Shown piece after piece: positions 28,628 through 39,362 of a stretch of DNA of 64,000 nt (position 1 is its first letter; each line of letters opens with the position of its first letter). The DNA comes from Candidatus Bathyarchaeota archaeon (GTDB taxonomy: Archaea > Thermoproteota > Bathyarchaeia > Bathyarchaeales > Bathycorpusculaceae), in contig CAVYRJ010000003.1 of assembly GCA_963770935.1 (NCBI GenBank), forward strand, positions 22,223 through 86,222, in the 5' to 3' direction. The position numbers were made by a program, and so were the translations under genes. The notes beneath the pieces are model-generated. The model was not told the DNA's origin and made no database searches. It worked only from the letters and a program-made list of their open reading frames with translations.

Positions 28628-29665
28628 ATGGTAACATTCAGCGGTTGTTACACTGCACTAATAACCCCCATGAACCGTAATCGCCAAGTCGATTACGAAG
28701 GATTACAGCAACTAGTAGATTTCCAAATAAAAAACGGAGTCAAAGGCATACTCGCCGTCGGCACAACTGGAGAGAGCCCAACTTTGGATTGGAACGAACA
28801 TAGTAAGGTCATCGAAAAAGTACACGAATTCTCAAACAAAAGGAGCCTAACCATAGCGGGAACTGGAAGCAATTCAACCCAAGAAGCCATAGACGGAACA
28901 GCACATGCCCAAGACATAGGCGTAAACTGCGTGCTACTTGTTGACCCATATTACAATGGACCAAGCTCCATGGAAATCCGCAGAGAATACATAGAACCCA
29001 TCGCACACCAGTTCCCAGAAGTCCAAATAATCCCGTACATTATCCCAGGCAGGACAGGAACCCAGCTCTTTCCCCAAGACCTTGCAGTGCTCCATCAGCA
29101 GTACCCGAACGTGCGCTGCGTCAAAGAAGCCACAGGCGACCTCAAGAACATGGAATTAACTAGGCAGCTTTGCGGAGAAGACTTTGACATTCTCTCAGGA
29201 GATGATGACAAAACTTACACAATGATGATTTCGCCCGACATTGCCGCAAGCGGCGTCATATCTGTCGCTTCCAACGTTGCTCCAAGCGCCGTTGTAGATA
29301 TGGTGCACTACGTTTTGGATGGCAACGATGAGGCTGCAAGCGTAATTGCACAAGCACTCCAACCGCTCTTCAACATAGTCACTGTTAAAACACAAGAACA
29401 AACACCATACGGACCAGTAGCATGCAAAGCTCGAAACCCACTTGCCTATAAAACATTAATGAACGTGTTAGGTATGCCATCGGGACCATGCAGGCAACCG
29501 TTGGGAAAAATGACTCGCAGCGGCTTAGAAGTGGTTTTGTTAAACGCCAGAAAAATCTACGAAAGCAATCCACAGATATTAAAGCCGATAGCCGATTACT
29601 TTGGCGTTGACATCAAAGAACGACTCTACAACGAAAAGTATCTTGAGGGACTATTCTATGCTTAA
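28628..29665 (+). CDS. dapA: 4-hydroxy-tetrahydrodipicolinate synthase
   Basis: ALITP, GTTGESPTL, GTGSNST, Y.IPGRTG, KEATG. Confidence 0.93.
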   Translation: MVTFSGCYTALITPMNRNRQVDYEGLQQLVDFQIKNGVKGILAVGTTGESPTLDWNEHSKVIEKVHEFSNKRSLTIAGTGSNSTQEAIDGTAHAQDIGVNCVLLVDPYYNGPSSMEIRREYIEPIAHQFPEVQIIPYIIPGRTGTQLFPQDLAVLHQQYPNVRCVKEATGDLKNMELTRQLCGEDFDILSGDDDKTYTMMISPDIAASGVISVASNVAPSAVVDMVHYVLDGNDEAASVIAQALQPLFNIVTVKTQEQTPYGPVACKARNPLAYKTLMNVLGMPSGPCRQPLGKMTRSGLEVVLLNARKIYESNPQILKPIADYFGVDIKERLYNEKYLEGLFYA

Positions 29666-30452
29666 GCTCTGCATCGCAGGCGCAGCAGGCAGAATGGGCA
29701 ACGCTATCATAAACGAAGCCGTCGCGAAAGGCCATCAAATCGTGGGCGCCATAGAAGCACCCAACACACCTGTCATCGGCAAAAGCCTAAGAGAACTAAA
29801 CATCACCAACTCCGACACAGTAATCCTTAGTTCCGACAGACTAAGCGAATCCGCCAGAAATGCCGACATTTACATAAGTTTCGCAATGCCAGCCGCCGAA
29901 GTAACTAATATTCCAATAGTTGCAAACCTAGGAAAACGCATAGTACTCGGCACTACAGGCTTTAATCCAGAACAAAACCGACAAATCATAGCTCAAATGT
30001 CGGAGAAAGTTCCAGCCGTGTTCTCGCCAAACTACAGTGTAGGCGTCAACATACTCTTCAAATTAACAGAGGCACTCAAAGCGTTCCCAACTGGCTACGA
30101 TTTCAGCCTAAGCGAAATTCACCATACAGGCAAAAAGGATTCGCCCAGCGGAACAGCAAAGAAGCTTGAACAAATCGTTTCAGCTACACGCAGCTACACG
30201 AAAACGGTTTACGGTAGAGAGGGCATCAGTCCAAGGCAGCCTTCGGAGTTGGAGTCTGTAGCGATGCGTGCTGGAGGGGTTCCGGGCATCCATGATGTCA
30301 TAGTTGCTGGACCCTACGAAATGCTAAGAATCGAGCACATTGCTTTCTCGCGGAATGTGTTTGCTCAGGGAGCTATCTATGCGGCTGAGTGGCTAAGCAG
30401 GCAAACGGAGCCTAAAGTGTTCAGCATGGCTGACGTATTAGGTTTAAATTAA
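29658..30452 (+). CDS. dapB: 4-hydroxy-tetrahydrodipicolinate reductase
   Basis: GAAGRMG, GTTG, EIHH..KKDSPSGTA; ATG at 29658 overlaps the dapA end. Confidence 0.93.
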   Translation: MLKLCIAGAAGRMGNAIINEAVAKGHQIVGAIEAPNTPVIGKSLRELNITNSDTVILSSDRLSESARNADIYISFAMPAAEVTNIPIVANLGKRIVLGTTGFNPEQNRQIIAQMSEKVPAVFSPNYSVGVNILFKLTEALKAFPTGYDFSLSEIHHTGKKDSPSGTAKKLEQIVSATRSYTKTVYGREGISPRQPSELESVAMRAGGVPGIHDVIVAGPYEMLRIEHIAFSRNVFAQGAIYAAEWLSRQTEPKVFSMADVLGLN

Positions 30453-30512
30453 AACCATTAAGTTTTTTATCAACGAAGAAATAAAGTGAAAAGGTCAAAG
30501 GAAGAAACAATC

Positions 30513-31571
30513 ATGTCAAATAAGCGTAAAGTCGCCATCTTAGGCGCAACCGGAGCCGTTGGACAACGGTACATTCAACTCCTGCAAGGTCACCCATGGT
30601 TCGAAATTGAGGTGCTCGCCGCTTCAGAGCGATCAGCAGGTAAAAAATACAAAGACGCATGTAACTGGCTAATGGAGACTGATCTACCCAAAGAAGTCGC
30701 TGAAATGCCAGTCGTCAACGCTGACGTTGCTTCGGTGGAGAAGGCGGGAGATGTAGACTTGGTTTTCTCTTCAATGCCGGGTGATTTGGCTGGTCCAGTC
30801 GAATCAGAATTTGCCTCCATGTACCCAGTGTTCAGCAAGGCGAGCGCTCACAGAATGGAAAAAGACGTGCCGCTTATCATTCCAGAAATCAACCCTGACC
30901 ACGCTGAACTAATAAAAGTTCAACAGCAATTTCGAGGCTGGAAAGGCTTCATCTCAACTGACCCCAACTGCAGCACCATCCAAATGGCAATTACGCTAAA
31001 GCCACTTATGCAGTTCGGCTTAAGGCAAGTTGTAGTTACCACGATGCAAGCCCTCAGCGGCGCAGGCTACCCAGGCGTAGCTTCACTTGACATTATAGAT
31101 AACGTCGTTCCATTCATCTCAGGCGAAGAAGACAAAATGGAGACCGAAGCCCTAAAGATTCTTGGATCCTTCGATGGTAGAATTGTACGAAATGCTGATT
31201 TCAAGCTCAGTGCAAGTTGCAACCGAGTCAACGTCAAAGACGGACACTTAGAATCCATATTCGTTAAGCTAGACCAGGACCCATCAATTGAGCAAATCGA
31301 GGCAGCGTTCGAAGACTTCAAGGGCGCTCCGCAACTGCTCAAGTTGCCCTCTGCTCCTGAAAATCCAATTGTTGTTCGCCGCGAAAAGAATCGACCTCAA
31401 CCACGATATGACCGAGACACTGGCAACGGACAAAGCGTCGTAGTTGGCAGAATCCGTAAAGATCCAATCATGACCTTCAAGTACATGTGCCTAGGTCACA
31501 ATACGGTTCGGGGCGCGGCTGGTGGAGGAATTCTTAGCGCAGAGTTGTATGTGGCTAACGGTTTAGCTTAA
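30513..31571 (+). CDS. asd: Aspartate-semialdehyde dehydrogenase
   Basis: GATGAVGQ, PNCST, QALSGAG, HNTVRGAAG. Confidence 0.95.
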   Translation: MSNKRKVAILGATGAVGQRYIQLLQGHPWFEIEVLAASERSAGKKYKDACNWLMETDLPKEVAEMPVVNADVASVEKAGDVDLVFSSMPGDLAGPVESEFASMYPVFSKASAHRMEKDVPLIIPEINPDHAELIKVQQQFRGWKGFISTDPNCSTIQMAITLKPLMQFGLRQVVVTTMQALSGAGYPGVASLDIIDNVVPFISGEEDKMETEALKILGSFDGRIVRNADFKLSASCNRVNVKDGHLESIFVKLDQDPSIEQIEAAFEDFKGAPQLLKLPSAPENPIVVRREKNRPQPRYDRDTGNGQSVVVGRIRKDPIMTFKYMCLGHNTVRGAAGGGILSAELYVANGLA

Positions 31572-31607
31572 ATGTAATTCCAGATGTAACTGTAGAGTCT
31601 GGTGTAG

Positions 31608-32895
31608 TTGATGGTTAAGAGAAAGCTTCGTGATCCCTTGGAAGACAGAAAAGGCAGCCTTTTCTTTGATGGTTTTTCAGTTAAGGAATTGGCTGAAAAA
31701 TATGATACGCCGCTTTACGTTTTGAGCGAGAAACGCATCCGAGACAACTACAACCGGTTGTACAACGCCTTAATCTGCAACTACAAGCACCTGCGCGTCT
31801 ACTACGCCGCCAAAGCCAACAGCAACCTAGCGGTGCTAAAGATTCTGCAGTCAGAAGGCGCCTACTTAGATACCGTTAGCCCCGGTGAAGTGTTCATGGG
31901 TTTAAGCAGCGGATTCACACCTGACCGCATGTTATTCACGGGAACCAGTGTTCGAGATGATGAATTAAGGTTCCTTGCCGGCGCAAACATCACTGTAAAC
32001 GTCGATTCCCAATCAGAGCTGGATAGGCTGCTAAAGATTGCGGTGCCACAGATTTTGTCTGTGCGTGTTAATCCTGAAATCGGCGCTGGGCATCATAGCC
32101 ACTGCATTACTGCGGGTCCCGATTCAAAGTTTGGGCTCTGGGAAGAAGAAACCATTCAGGCTTATGCAATTGCTAAGCGAGCGCGTGTTGAGCGTTTCGG
32201 TATTCACATGCACATTGGCTCAGGCATCTTGGATATTGAACCCTATGCGTTGGCAGTGGAAAAGCTGCTGAAGTATGGCAAAGCGGGTACACGATGAAGT
32301 AGGCATAGAGTTTGAGTTCATAGATATCGGCGGGGGAATAGGAGTTCCCTATAAGCCAGAAGACAAAGACTTAGACTTAACAGAGTTCTCAAACAAAATT
32401 GTGGCTCCGTTCAAGAGCAAAGTCAAGGAATATGGACTTGGCAAGCCGTTTTTGTGTGTTGAGCCGGGAAGATTCCTTGTTTGCGACGCCAGCATCCTCT
32501 TAACTACCGTTAACACCGTCAAGGTGACACCTTCCAAGAAATTCGTGGGCGTAGACGCAGGCTTCAACACACTGGTGCGCCCAACAATGTACGGTTCTTA
32601 CCACCCAATCTTGGTCGCCAATAAGCTTGCAAGAGCCGACAAGGAAACCTACGATGTTGTAGGTCCAATCTGCGAGTCAGGCGACGCCTTAGCCAAAGAT
32701 CGACGTTTACCTCTAGTGGAGGAAGGCGATTTGCTGGCAGTCCTCAACGCTGGAGCTTACGGTTTTAGCATGAGTTCACAGTACAACTCGCGACCACGCG
32801 CAGCGGAAGTCATGATTCGGCAGGGCAAAGCAGTTGTAGTTAGGCAACGCGAGCAACTGAGTGATTTAATGGCTAGTCAGCGGATGGTAGAGTGA
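31608..32895 (+). CDS. lysA: Diaminopimelate decarboxylase (split by probable +1 error at about 32271)
   Basis: YAAKAN, HMHIGS in the first ORF; DIGGG, EPGR, GPICESGD, GAYG.SMSS.YN in the second. Confidence 0.92.
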
Positions 32896-32901
32896 GCAAT
32901 T

Positions 32902-33735
32902 ATGCGTTTTTGGAAGATGCATGGTTTAGGCAACGACTATATCGTGATCGATAATAGAGATCAAAAAATCAGCGATGAGAAGGCTGCAAAGTTGGCAAAG
33001 AAACTCTGCGAGCGGCGCTTCTCAGTTGGCGCTGACGGACTCCTTCTTGTTAGCAATTCAACATTTGCAGACATTAAGATGCGGATTTTCAACGCTGATG
33101 GCAGTGAAGCTGAAATGTGCGGCAACGGCATACGATGCTTCAGCAAATACTGTTACGAAAACCGTATCGTGCCCAAGCAAGAATTCACTGTAGAAACGCT
33201 ATCCGGAATAAAGCAGGTCTGGCTTACTCTAAAGAACAAAGAAGTCGCCTCAGTCAAGGTAGATATGGGTGAGCCGAACTGGGAAAGAAGCAGCTTACCG
33301 ATGAAGGGAAAGGGCACATGTATAGACGCTGACCTGGATGTGGAAGGCGAAAAGTTGAAGGTAACATGTCTTTCAATGGGTAACCCTCACTGCGTAATCT
33401 TCGTTGACTGCATCGACTGTTTCCCAGTTGAAGAGCTCGGTTCAAAAATTGAAAATCACAAGGCTTTCCCAAAACGGACCAACGTGGGCTTTGTCGAGGT
33501 CCTAAACGAGAAAGAGCTAAATGTTCGAGTTTGGGAACGCGGTTGCGGAGAAACCTTGGCATGTGGAACTGGAACGTGCGCTGCTGTGGCAGCTGCAAAC
33601 AAGTTGGGAAAAGTCGGCAACAAAGTCACCGTTCACGTGCTCGGAGGCAACTTGCAAGTGGAATTAGGTAAAACTGTATTCCTGATTGGGGCAGCCGAAA
33701 AAGTTTACGAAGGAACACTATTCAAGGAGCCATAA
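32902..33735 (+). CDS. dapF: Diaminopimelate epimerase
   Basis: KMHGLGNDY, EMCGNGIRC, ERG.GETLACGTG. Confidence 0.95.
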   Translation: MRFWKMHGLGNDYIVIDNRDQKISDEKAAKLAKKLCERRFSVGADGLLLVSNSTFADIKMRIFNADGSEAEMCGNGIRCFSKYCYENRIVPKQEFTVETLSGIKQVWLTLKNKEVASVKVDMGEPNWERSSLPMKGKGTCIDADLDVEGEKLKVTCLSMGNPHCVIFVDCIDCFPVEELGSKIENHKAFPKRTNVGFVEVLNEKELNVRVWERGCGETLACGTGTCAAVAAANKLGKVGNKVTVHVLGGNLQVELGKTVFLIGAAEKVYEGTLFKEP

Positions 33736-33738
33736 AAC

Positions 33739-34902
33739 ATGACGTTTGAGTATGCAGACCGTATAAAGCGTTTGCCACCTTACCTGTTTGCGGAAATAGA
33801 AAAAATCATTAAAGAAAAGAAGGCGCAAGGCGTAGACCTGATTTCGCTAAGTATTGGTGATCCTGACCTTCCGCCACCACCGTTTGTGGTTGAAGCGCTA
33901 AAACAAGAAGTCGCAGACCTCAAGAACCATAACTATTCTTTTAGCCAGGGTGAACCAGATTTCCGACAGGCAGTGTCGGAGTGGTATAAGAAACGCTTCA
34001 ACGTTGACTTAGCCCCCGACCAAGTTGTGGCGCTTTTAGGCTCCAAAGAAGGCATAGCAAACATTGCAAGGGCTTTCATAAACCCTGGCGACCAAGTTTT
34101 GGTGCCTGACCCAGCTTACCCCGTATACGCTAACGGCAGCACAATCCTATGTGACGGCGCAGCCGTGCCTATGCCGCTTTTGGAAGAGAACAATTACCAG
34201 CCAGACTTTGATGCAATTGACGCCAAAAAAGCCAAGATGATGTTCATTAACTACCCCAACAACCCCACCGCCGCAACCGTTGACAAAAAAATCCTCAAAG
34301 AGGCAGTTGAATTTGCAAAGGACAACAAAATAATCCTCTGCTACGACAACGCTTACTCGGAAATCACCTACGACGGCTACCAAGCCCCAAGCATTCTTGA
34401 AATTGATGGGGCAATGGATGTTGCCATTGAGTTTCATTCGCTCTCAAAGACTTTCAACGTGACCGGCGACCGCATCGGCTTTGCCGTCGGAAACAAACAA
34501 CTCGTAAACGGCTTAACTAAAGTCAAATCACAAATCGACTCGGGGCCGCCAGTGTACACGCAGAAAGTCGCCGTCAAAGCATTAGCAACCTACACAAGCC
34601 GAGAACCACCAGAGTTCCTAAAGAAAAACAACCAAATCCTTCAGGAACGCCGCGACCTCCTCGTAGAAACCCTTTGCAAAATCGGCTACCAATGCGACAA
34701 GCCCAAAGCAACATTCTACGTTTGGGTTAACTGCAAGGGCGATTCGATGAAGTTTGCCGCTAAACTGCTTGATGCTGGCGTGGCCGTTACGCCGGGAGTT
34801 GGATTCGGCAAATACGGCGAAGGATACGTTCGCATAACTTTCACGCAGCCCAAAGAACGCATAAAGGAAGCCTGCAACAGAATCGCCAGTGCCTTTAAGT
34901 AG
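33739..34902 (+). CDS. dapL: LL-diaminopimelate aminotransferase (class I/II PLP enzyme)
   Basis: LPPYLF, GSKEG, NYPNNPT, EFHSLSKT; last gene of the dap operon. Confidence 0.85.
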   Translation: MTFEYADRIKRLPPYLFAEIEKIIKEKKAQGVDLISLSIGDPDLPPPPFVVEALKQEVADLKNHNYSFSQGEPDFRQAVSEWYKKRFNVDLAPDQVVALLGSKEGIANIARAFINPGDQVLVPDPAYPVYANGSTILCDGAAVPMPLLEENNYQPDFDAIDAKKAKMMFINYPNNPTAATVDKKILKEAVEFAKDNKIILCYDNAYSEITYDGYQAPSILEIDGAMDVAIEFHSLSKTFNVTGDRIGFAVGNKQLVNGLTKVKSQIDSGPPVYTQKVAVKALATYTSREPPEFLKKNNQILQERRDLLVETLCKIGYQCDKPKATFYVWVNCKGDSMKFAAKLLDAGVAVTPGVGFGKYGEGYVRITFTQPKERIKEACNRIASAFK

Positions 34903-34967
34903 TAACTCTTTTCTGTTTAATACTCTAACTAAGAAGAAGAAACAAAAAGATAAGAAATGTTAGCTGC

Positions 34968-35906
34968 TTATTTGGCAGCTGCTTTTGCGAGTTTCTTTAG
35001 GATTTGGTCTTTTGCGATTGTGTATGCGATTGCATAGTCGAATAGTCCTGATGGCTCGGCGGTTGCGCGTTTAATCATTTCTGTTTCGGTTTTGATTTTG
35101 AGTTTGCCAATCGCTAATGCGCCTATGCCGTAAACGCCTGGTTTGAGTTCTTTGCCGTCGTCGTTTGGAGCTAAACCTTCAACACCGAGGGGTTTGATTG
35201 CGTTGATGTCTGCTACGATTTTGCATGTGGGGCTAGCGTTTAGGTCTGCTGCTGAGAGAAGTTGGATTCCGCCTGCGCCTGCTGAGAGCACAATTTCAGC
35301 GCCTTTGATTGCTTCAGCTGTCTGCTCGGGTTTTGTAACTTCAATAACCGTGACTCTTTGTGCGCCACATTCCTGATTTATTTTGTATGCGACCACTTGC
35401 CCTTTTGCGAGTGAGCGGCTGGTGATTGTTACGCTGGCTTTTTCTGCTGCATAGATTCTTGCCGCTGTCTGCCCGACTGGTCCTGTGCCGGCTAAAACTG
35501 CGACTTTTTTGCCTTCAAGTGATCCGAAGCCTTTCTCCATGGCGGCTCCGAATGTTTTTGCTACTGCGGCTGCGGCTGTTGAGTATCCGCCTCTTGGGTC
35601 AACGATGATGCTGTTTCCCCAGGGGGCTGATTTCATGGCTTTCTGTGTTGCCTCAACTACTTTTTCAACCATTTCAAAGTTGCTTCCGTTGATGAAGACC
35701 TTTGTGTGTTTTGCACCTTCGGGTCCACGCGGAAACAATAGGTCAAAAACGATTTTTGGGGCATCTTCGCTTGTGACATTTTCGTATTTGAATATCATTG
35801 AATCTGGGAATGCATCTATAGCTACGAGCATGTCGAATGGACTGCAATATTTGTCTGTGTCTAGGAAAACAAAAACTGTTTTATAATTTGGTGGTTGTTG
35901 TGTCAA
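34968..35906 (-). CDS. NAD(P)-dependent methylene-H4MPT dehydrogenase (MtdA/MtdB family)
   Basis: SPFD...A.DA, FPRGP, DP.G..STAAA, GTGPVG, DINA..P.GV.G, GALAIG.LK. Confidence 0.8.
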   Translation of the reverse strand: MTQQPPNYKTVFVFLDTDKYCSPFDMLVAIDAFPDSMIFKYENVTSEDAPKIVFDLLFPRGPEGAKHTKVFINGSNFEMVEKVVEATQKAMKSAPWGNSIIVDPRGGYSTAAAAVAKTFGAAMEKGFGSLEGKKVAVLAGTGPVGQTAARIYAAEKASVTITSRSLAKGQVVAYKINQECGAQRVTVIEVTKPEQTAEAIKGAEIVLSAGAGGIQLLSAADLNASPTCKIVADINAIKPLGVEGLAPNDDGKELKPGVYGIGALAIGKLKIKTETEMIKRATAEPSGLFDYAIAYTIAKDQILKKLAKAAAK

Positions 35907-36075
35907 TTTTTTTACACCTTACCTTGTTTGTGAATACAGTTTAACGATTTAAGAATTATCCAAACATTAAAGGAGGACCTGAGTTACACGCTTGAAACTC
36001 TAAAATTTCCTACCACAACTGTTTAATAACAAATCTCTCAGAACTCTAACCATAGAAACCAAGAAGGCATCCTGA

Positions 36076-37119
36076 TTGTCCCTAAACACAAATCTCGAAA
36101 AACTCTCCAATGCCTGTGGAGTAACAGGCAGAGAAGACCAAGTTAGAAACTTGATGATTCAGTTCATCACCCCTTATGCGGATGAGATCCAAGTAGATAA
36201 GCTGGAAAACGTAATAGCCATCAAAAAAGGCAAAGCAGGCTCGCCGAAAATCATGCTGGCAGCCCACATGGATGAAGTCGGCTTAATGGTGAAAACAATC
36301 ACAAAAGACGGCTTCATACAATTCACAAAAATGGGCGGCATCGACGACCGCATTCTACCAGCCCAAAAAGTCACCATCCACACAAAAAAAGGCACATATC
36401 CAGGCATAATCGGATCCAAACCGCCCCACATCCAAAAAGAAGAAGAACGAAAAAAAATCATAACCTACGACGAACTCTTCATTGACATCGGCGCAGAAAA
36501 CAAAGAAGACGCAGTCAACTTTGGCGTAGCAATCGGCGACCCAATAGCCTTCGACGTAAAATACGTCAAACTAGGCAAGGATGCAGTAATGGGAAAAGCG
36601 TTTGACAACCGTGCAGGATGTATAACAATGGTTGAAACCCTAAAACTACTAGAGCAAACTGATTGCACTGTTTGTGCAGTTGGCACTGTTCAAGAAGAAG
36701 TCGGTTTGCGCGGTGCAGCAGCAGCGGCGTTTGGAGTTGACCCAGACTTAGCCCTATCTATAGACGTAACAATAGCAGGTGATGTTCCTGGCGTAAGAGA
36801 ATTCGATACAACTGTAAAAATGGGCAAAGGTCCAGCCTTAACTATTTCTGATTCTGGCTTAATTACTCATCCTAAGGTTTTGCGGTGGCTTTTGGATACG
36901 GCGGAAGAAGAAAAAATCCCATTCCAACTAGAATCGGGCTTGCTTGGCAGCACAGACGCAGCAAGAATTTCCATAACCCGTCAAGGTATCCCCTGCGGAA
37001 CTGTCTCCATTCCAACACGGTACATTCACAGTCCAGTTGGCATGCTCAGTCTAAAAGACATCGAAAACTCAGCAAAACTAACCGCAGCAGCAATCCAAAG
37101 AATCACAAAACACTTCTAA
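36076..37119 (+). CDS. M42 (TET) aminopeptidase
   Basis: AAHMDEVG, KAFDNR, QEEVGLRGA, RYIHS. Confidence 0.92.
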   Translation: MSLNTNLEKLSNACGVTGREDQVRNLMIQFITPYADEIQVDKLENVIAIKKGKAGSPKIMLAAHMDEVGLMVKTITKDGFIQFTKMGGIDDRILPAQKVTIHTKKGTYPGIIGSKPPHIQKEEERKKIITYDELFIDIGAENKEDAVNFGVAIGDPIAFDVKYVKLGKDAVMGKAFDNRAGCITMVETLKLLEQTDCTVCAVGTVQEEVGLRGAAAAAFGVDPDLALSIDVTIAGDVPGVREFDTTVKMGKGPALTISDSGLITHPKVLRWLLDTAEEEKIPFQLESGLLGSTDAARISITRQGIPCGTVSIPTRYIHSPVGMLSLKDIENSAKLTAAAIQRITKHF

Positions 37120-37179
37120 CCTTGAGCGGAGAAACTGTTTTTAATTCTGCTATCCCATCTATCTATCGTTGGTCAAAGC

Positions 37180-37629
37180 ATGAGTAAACCTGACAAATTC
37201 GCCGGAAAATTCGAGTTTCTAGAGCACACAGCAGACGTCTATGTTCAGGCACATGGAAAAACAATGGAGGAGGCCTACGAAAACGCGGCGCTTTCCCTGT
37301 TTGAAACCATGACCGACACAACCAAAATCGCCCAGTCCCAAGAAGACACAGTTGAAGTGGAAGCTGAAGACCAATACGCGCTCCTCTACAACTGGCTTGA
37401 GGCGCTTCTGGTCAAGTTTGAAACCGAAAACATGCTGTACTCAAAATTCCAAATAGCTGATTGGAAAGAGACAACTGAGAGCTTTAAGTTTAAAGCAAAA
37501 GTTTGGGGAGAGAAATTTAACCCCGAAAAGCACCCGCAGAAGGTCGCTGTTAAAGCAGTAACATACCACCGCATGGTGGTTATCCGCGAGGTAGACCGGG
37601 TGATTTTGGAGTTTATCCTCGACATTTAA
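37180..37629 (+). CDS. Archease
   Basis: FLEHTAD, VKAVTYH, C-terminal LDI. Confidence 0.93.
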   Translation: MSKPDKFAGKFEFLEHTADVYVQAHGKTMEEAYENAALSLFETMTDTTKIAQSQEDTVEVEAEDQYALLYNWLEALLVKFETENMLYSKFQIADWKETTESFKFKAKVWGEKFNPEKHPQKVAVKAVTYHRMVVIREVDRVILEFILDI

Positions 37630-38282
37630 ACGAGACTTAGCTTCTTTAGTTCCGTGAACAGTTTTTCAACCATGGGTTCAGGCGGTTGGTCTAAAGTTTT
37701 TGTTTCAAGCACTATAAAGGGAACTTTCATCTCCTTGTAGAACGTTATGAGTGGGCTGGTTTGTTCTTGGTAGACTTTGAGTCGATTCTTGATGGTTTCC
37801 GGGTTGTCGTCGGCGCGCTGGTAGAGTGGTCCGCCGCATTTGTCGCAGATGTCCTCCACTTTGGGTTTTAGGAATTTTACATTGTAGACTGTGCCGCAGT
37901 TCTTGCAGATTCTTCGGGTGGATAGGCGCTCGATGATTATCCAGTCGGGAACGTTTAGCTGCATGATGACATCAATTTTTGTTATGGTATCGAGTTTTTT
38001 TGCTTGGTCAAGTGTGCGTGGGTAACCGTCAAGTATGTAGCCTTTTCCTTTAGAAATTTTTGCTAAATGAGCCTTTAAAACTTCAACGACAACGTCGTCG
38101 GGGACTAGGGCTCCTTTTTCCATGAAACTTTTGACTTTACTGCTTAGTTCCGATTTCTCCTTAACTAGTTCACGGAAAATGTCTCCCATTGAAATAACGT
38201 CAACGCCTAGTTTGGTTTGAAGACGTGAAGCGTATGTGCCTTTTCCCGCGCCCGGCGCTCCAAAGATAATGGCTTTTAACAT
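37626..38282 (-). CDS. adk: Adenylate kinase (bacterial-type with Zn-LID)
   Basis: GAPGAGKGT, LDGYPR, CKNC...CDKC LID, QRADD. Confidence 0.92.
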   Translation of the reverse strand: MLKAIIFGAPGAGKGTYASRLQTKLGVDVISMGDIFRELVKEKSELSSKVKSFMEKGALVPDDVVVEVLKAHLAKISKGKGYILDGYPRTLDQAKKLDTITKIDVIMQLNVPDWIIIERLSTRRICKNCGTVYNVKFLKPKVEDICDKCGGPLYQRADDNPETIKNRLKVYQEQTSPLITFYKEMKVPFIVLETKTLDQPPEPMVEKLFTELKKLSLV

Positions 38283-38334
38283 GAGGTTTTCTCCTGTTTT
38301 CTCTTCTCTTACAATCGTAATGGATAATTAAATT

Positions 38335-39327
38335 TTGTTGTTGAAGAATTTCCATGGAAACATTTATGCTACAAAATCACTAAACAAACCTGTTAAGGTG
38401 CAACAGTTGCATACTAAACAAATTGGGAAAAATCTGTTCATGGTGGATCTGGAAACTGGAGGTTTCAAAAACCTAATATGCAGCTATGTAATAAGAGGAG
38501 AAAAGCCTTTTCTTGTGGAGTCAGGTCCAACTAACTCTATCTCAAACCTGCTTTCTGGTTTAGAAGAGCTTGACGTAAAGTTTGAGGATGTTGAATATGT
38601 TGCTGTCACCCACGTCCACCTTGACCATGGCGGCGGCGCAGGCACCTTGCTAAAATCTCTGCCAAATGCCAAGGTTATTGTTCACCCAAGAGGTTTGCCG
38701 CACCTAGTTGATCCTAAACGGCTTTGGCCTTCATCTCAAGAAGTTTTGGGGTTTGTCAGCGAAATCTTTGGTAAACCAGAACCAGTCCCTAAAGAGCGAA
38801 TAATCCCAGTTACTGTAGGTTCTTTTGATTTAGGTTATGGGGAAAAATTAAAAGTCACGGAAACGGTTGGTCACGCCTCGCATAACCTTAGTTTTCAGGA
38901 ATCGTTTAACGGTGGAGTGTTTCCAGGAGATGCAGCTGGCACTTACCTTCCAGAATTTGACGTTGTAGTCCCCACCACGCCTCCGCCCTTCTATTTGGAT
39001 GCAGCTTTAGCTTCCTTAGACAAACTAATTAGCCTAAAACCAACTGTAATTTATTTTAGTCATTTTGGGAAAGCCACTGATGCGGTGCAGCGTCTCAGAG
39101 ACTACAAGCTTCAGCTTCAACTTTGGGCAGACATCGCTAAGGATGGTGTTAAGAAAAATCAGAGATTAGAGGAAATCCGTGACAGAATAATCCAAGAAGA
39201 CAAAGCAATGAACCGAGTTATCGGGTATGTAAAATCGCATCCGATTTACTCAAAAACAATGCTTGAAAATTGTGTTAAAGGCTTTACAGAATACGCCAAA
39301 CAAAGCAGGGTTCATAAAAGTTTATAG
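38335..39327 (+). CDS. MBL-fold metallo-hydrolase (start uncertain)
   Basis: THVHLDHGGG, GHASH, GDAAG, HFG. Confidence 0.88.
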   Translation: MLLKNFHGNIYATKSLNKPVKVQQLHTKQIGKNLFMVDLETGGFKNLICSYVIRGEKPFLVESGPTNSISNLLSGLEELDVKFEDVEYVAVTHVHLDHGGGAGTLLKSLPNAKVIVHPRGLPHLVDPKRLWPSSQEVLGFVSEIFGKPEPVPKERIIPVTVGSFDLGYGEKLKVTETVGHASHNLSFQESFNGGVFPGDAAGTYLPEFDVVVPTTPPPFYLDAALASLDKLISLKPTVIYFSHFGKATDAVQRLRDYKLQLQLWADIAKDGVKKNQRLEEIRDRIIQEDKAMNRVIGYVKSHPIYSKTMLENCVKGFTEYAKQSRVHKSL

Positions 39328-39362
39328 TCTCAATCAGCCTTTGATGTGGACGGTGAAGATTT

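Noticed and set aside
32260-32300. Programmed frameshifting in lysA (and likewise nfnB, cyclophilin, nucleotidyltransferase)
   Set aside because: No stimulatory structure seen; all share the +1 insertion pattern typical of read errors.
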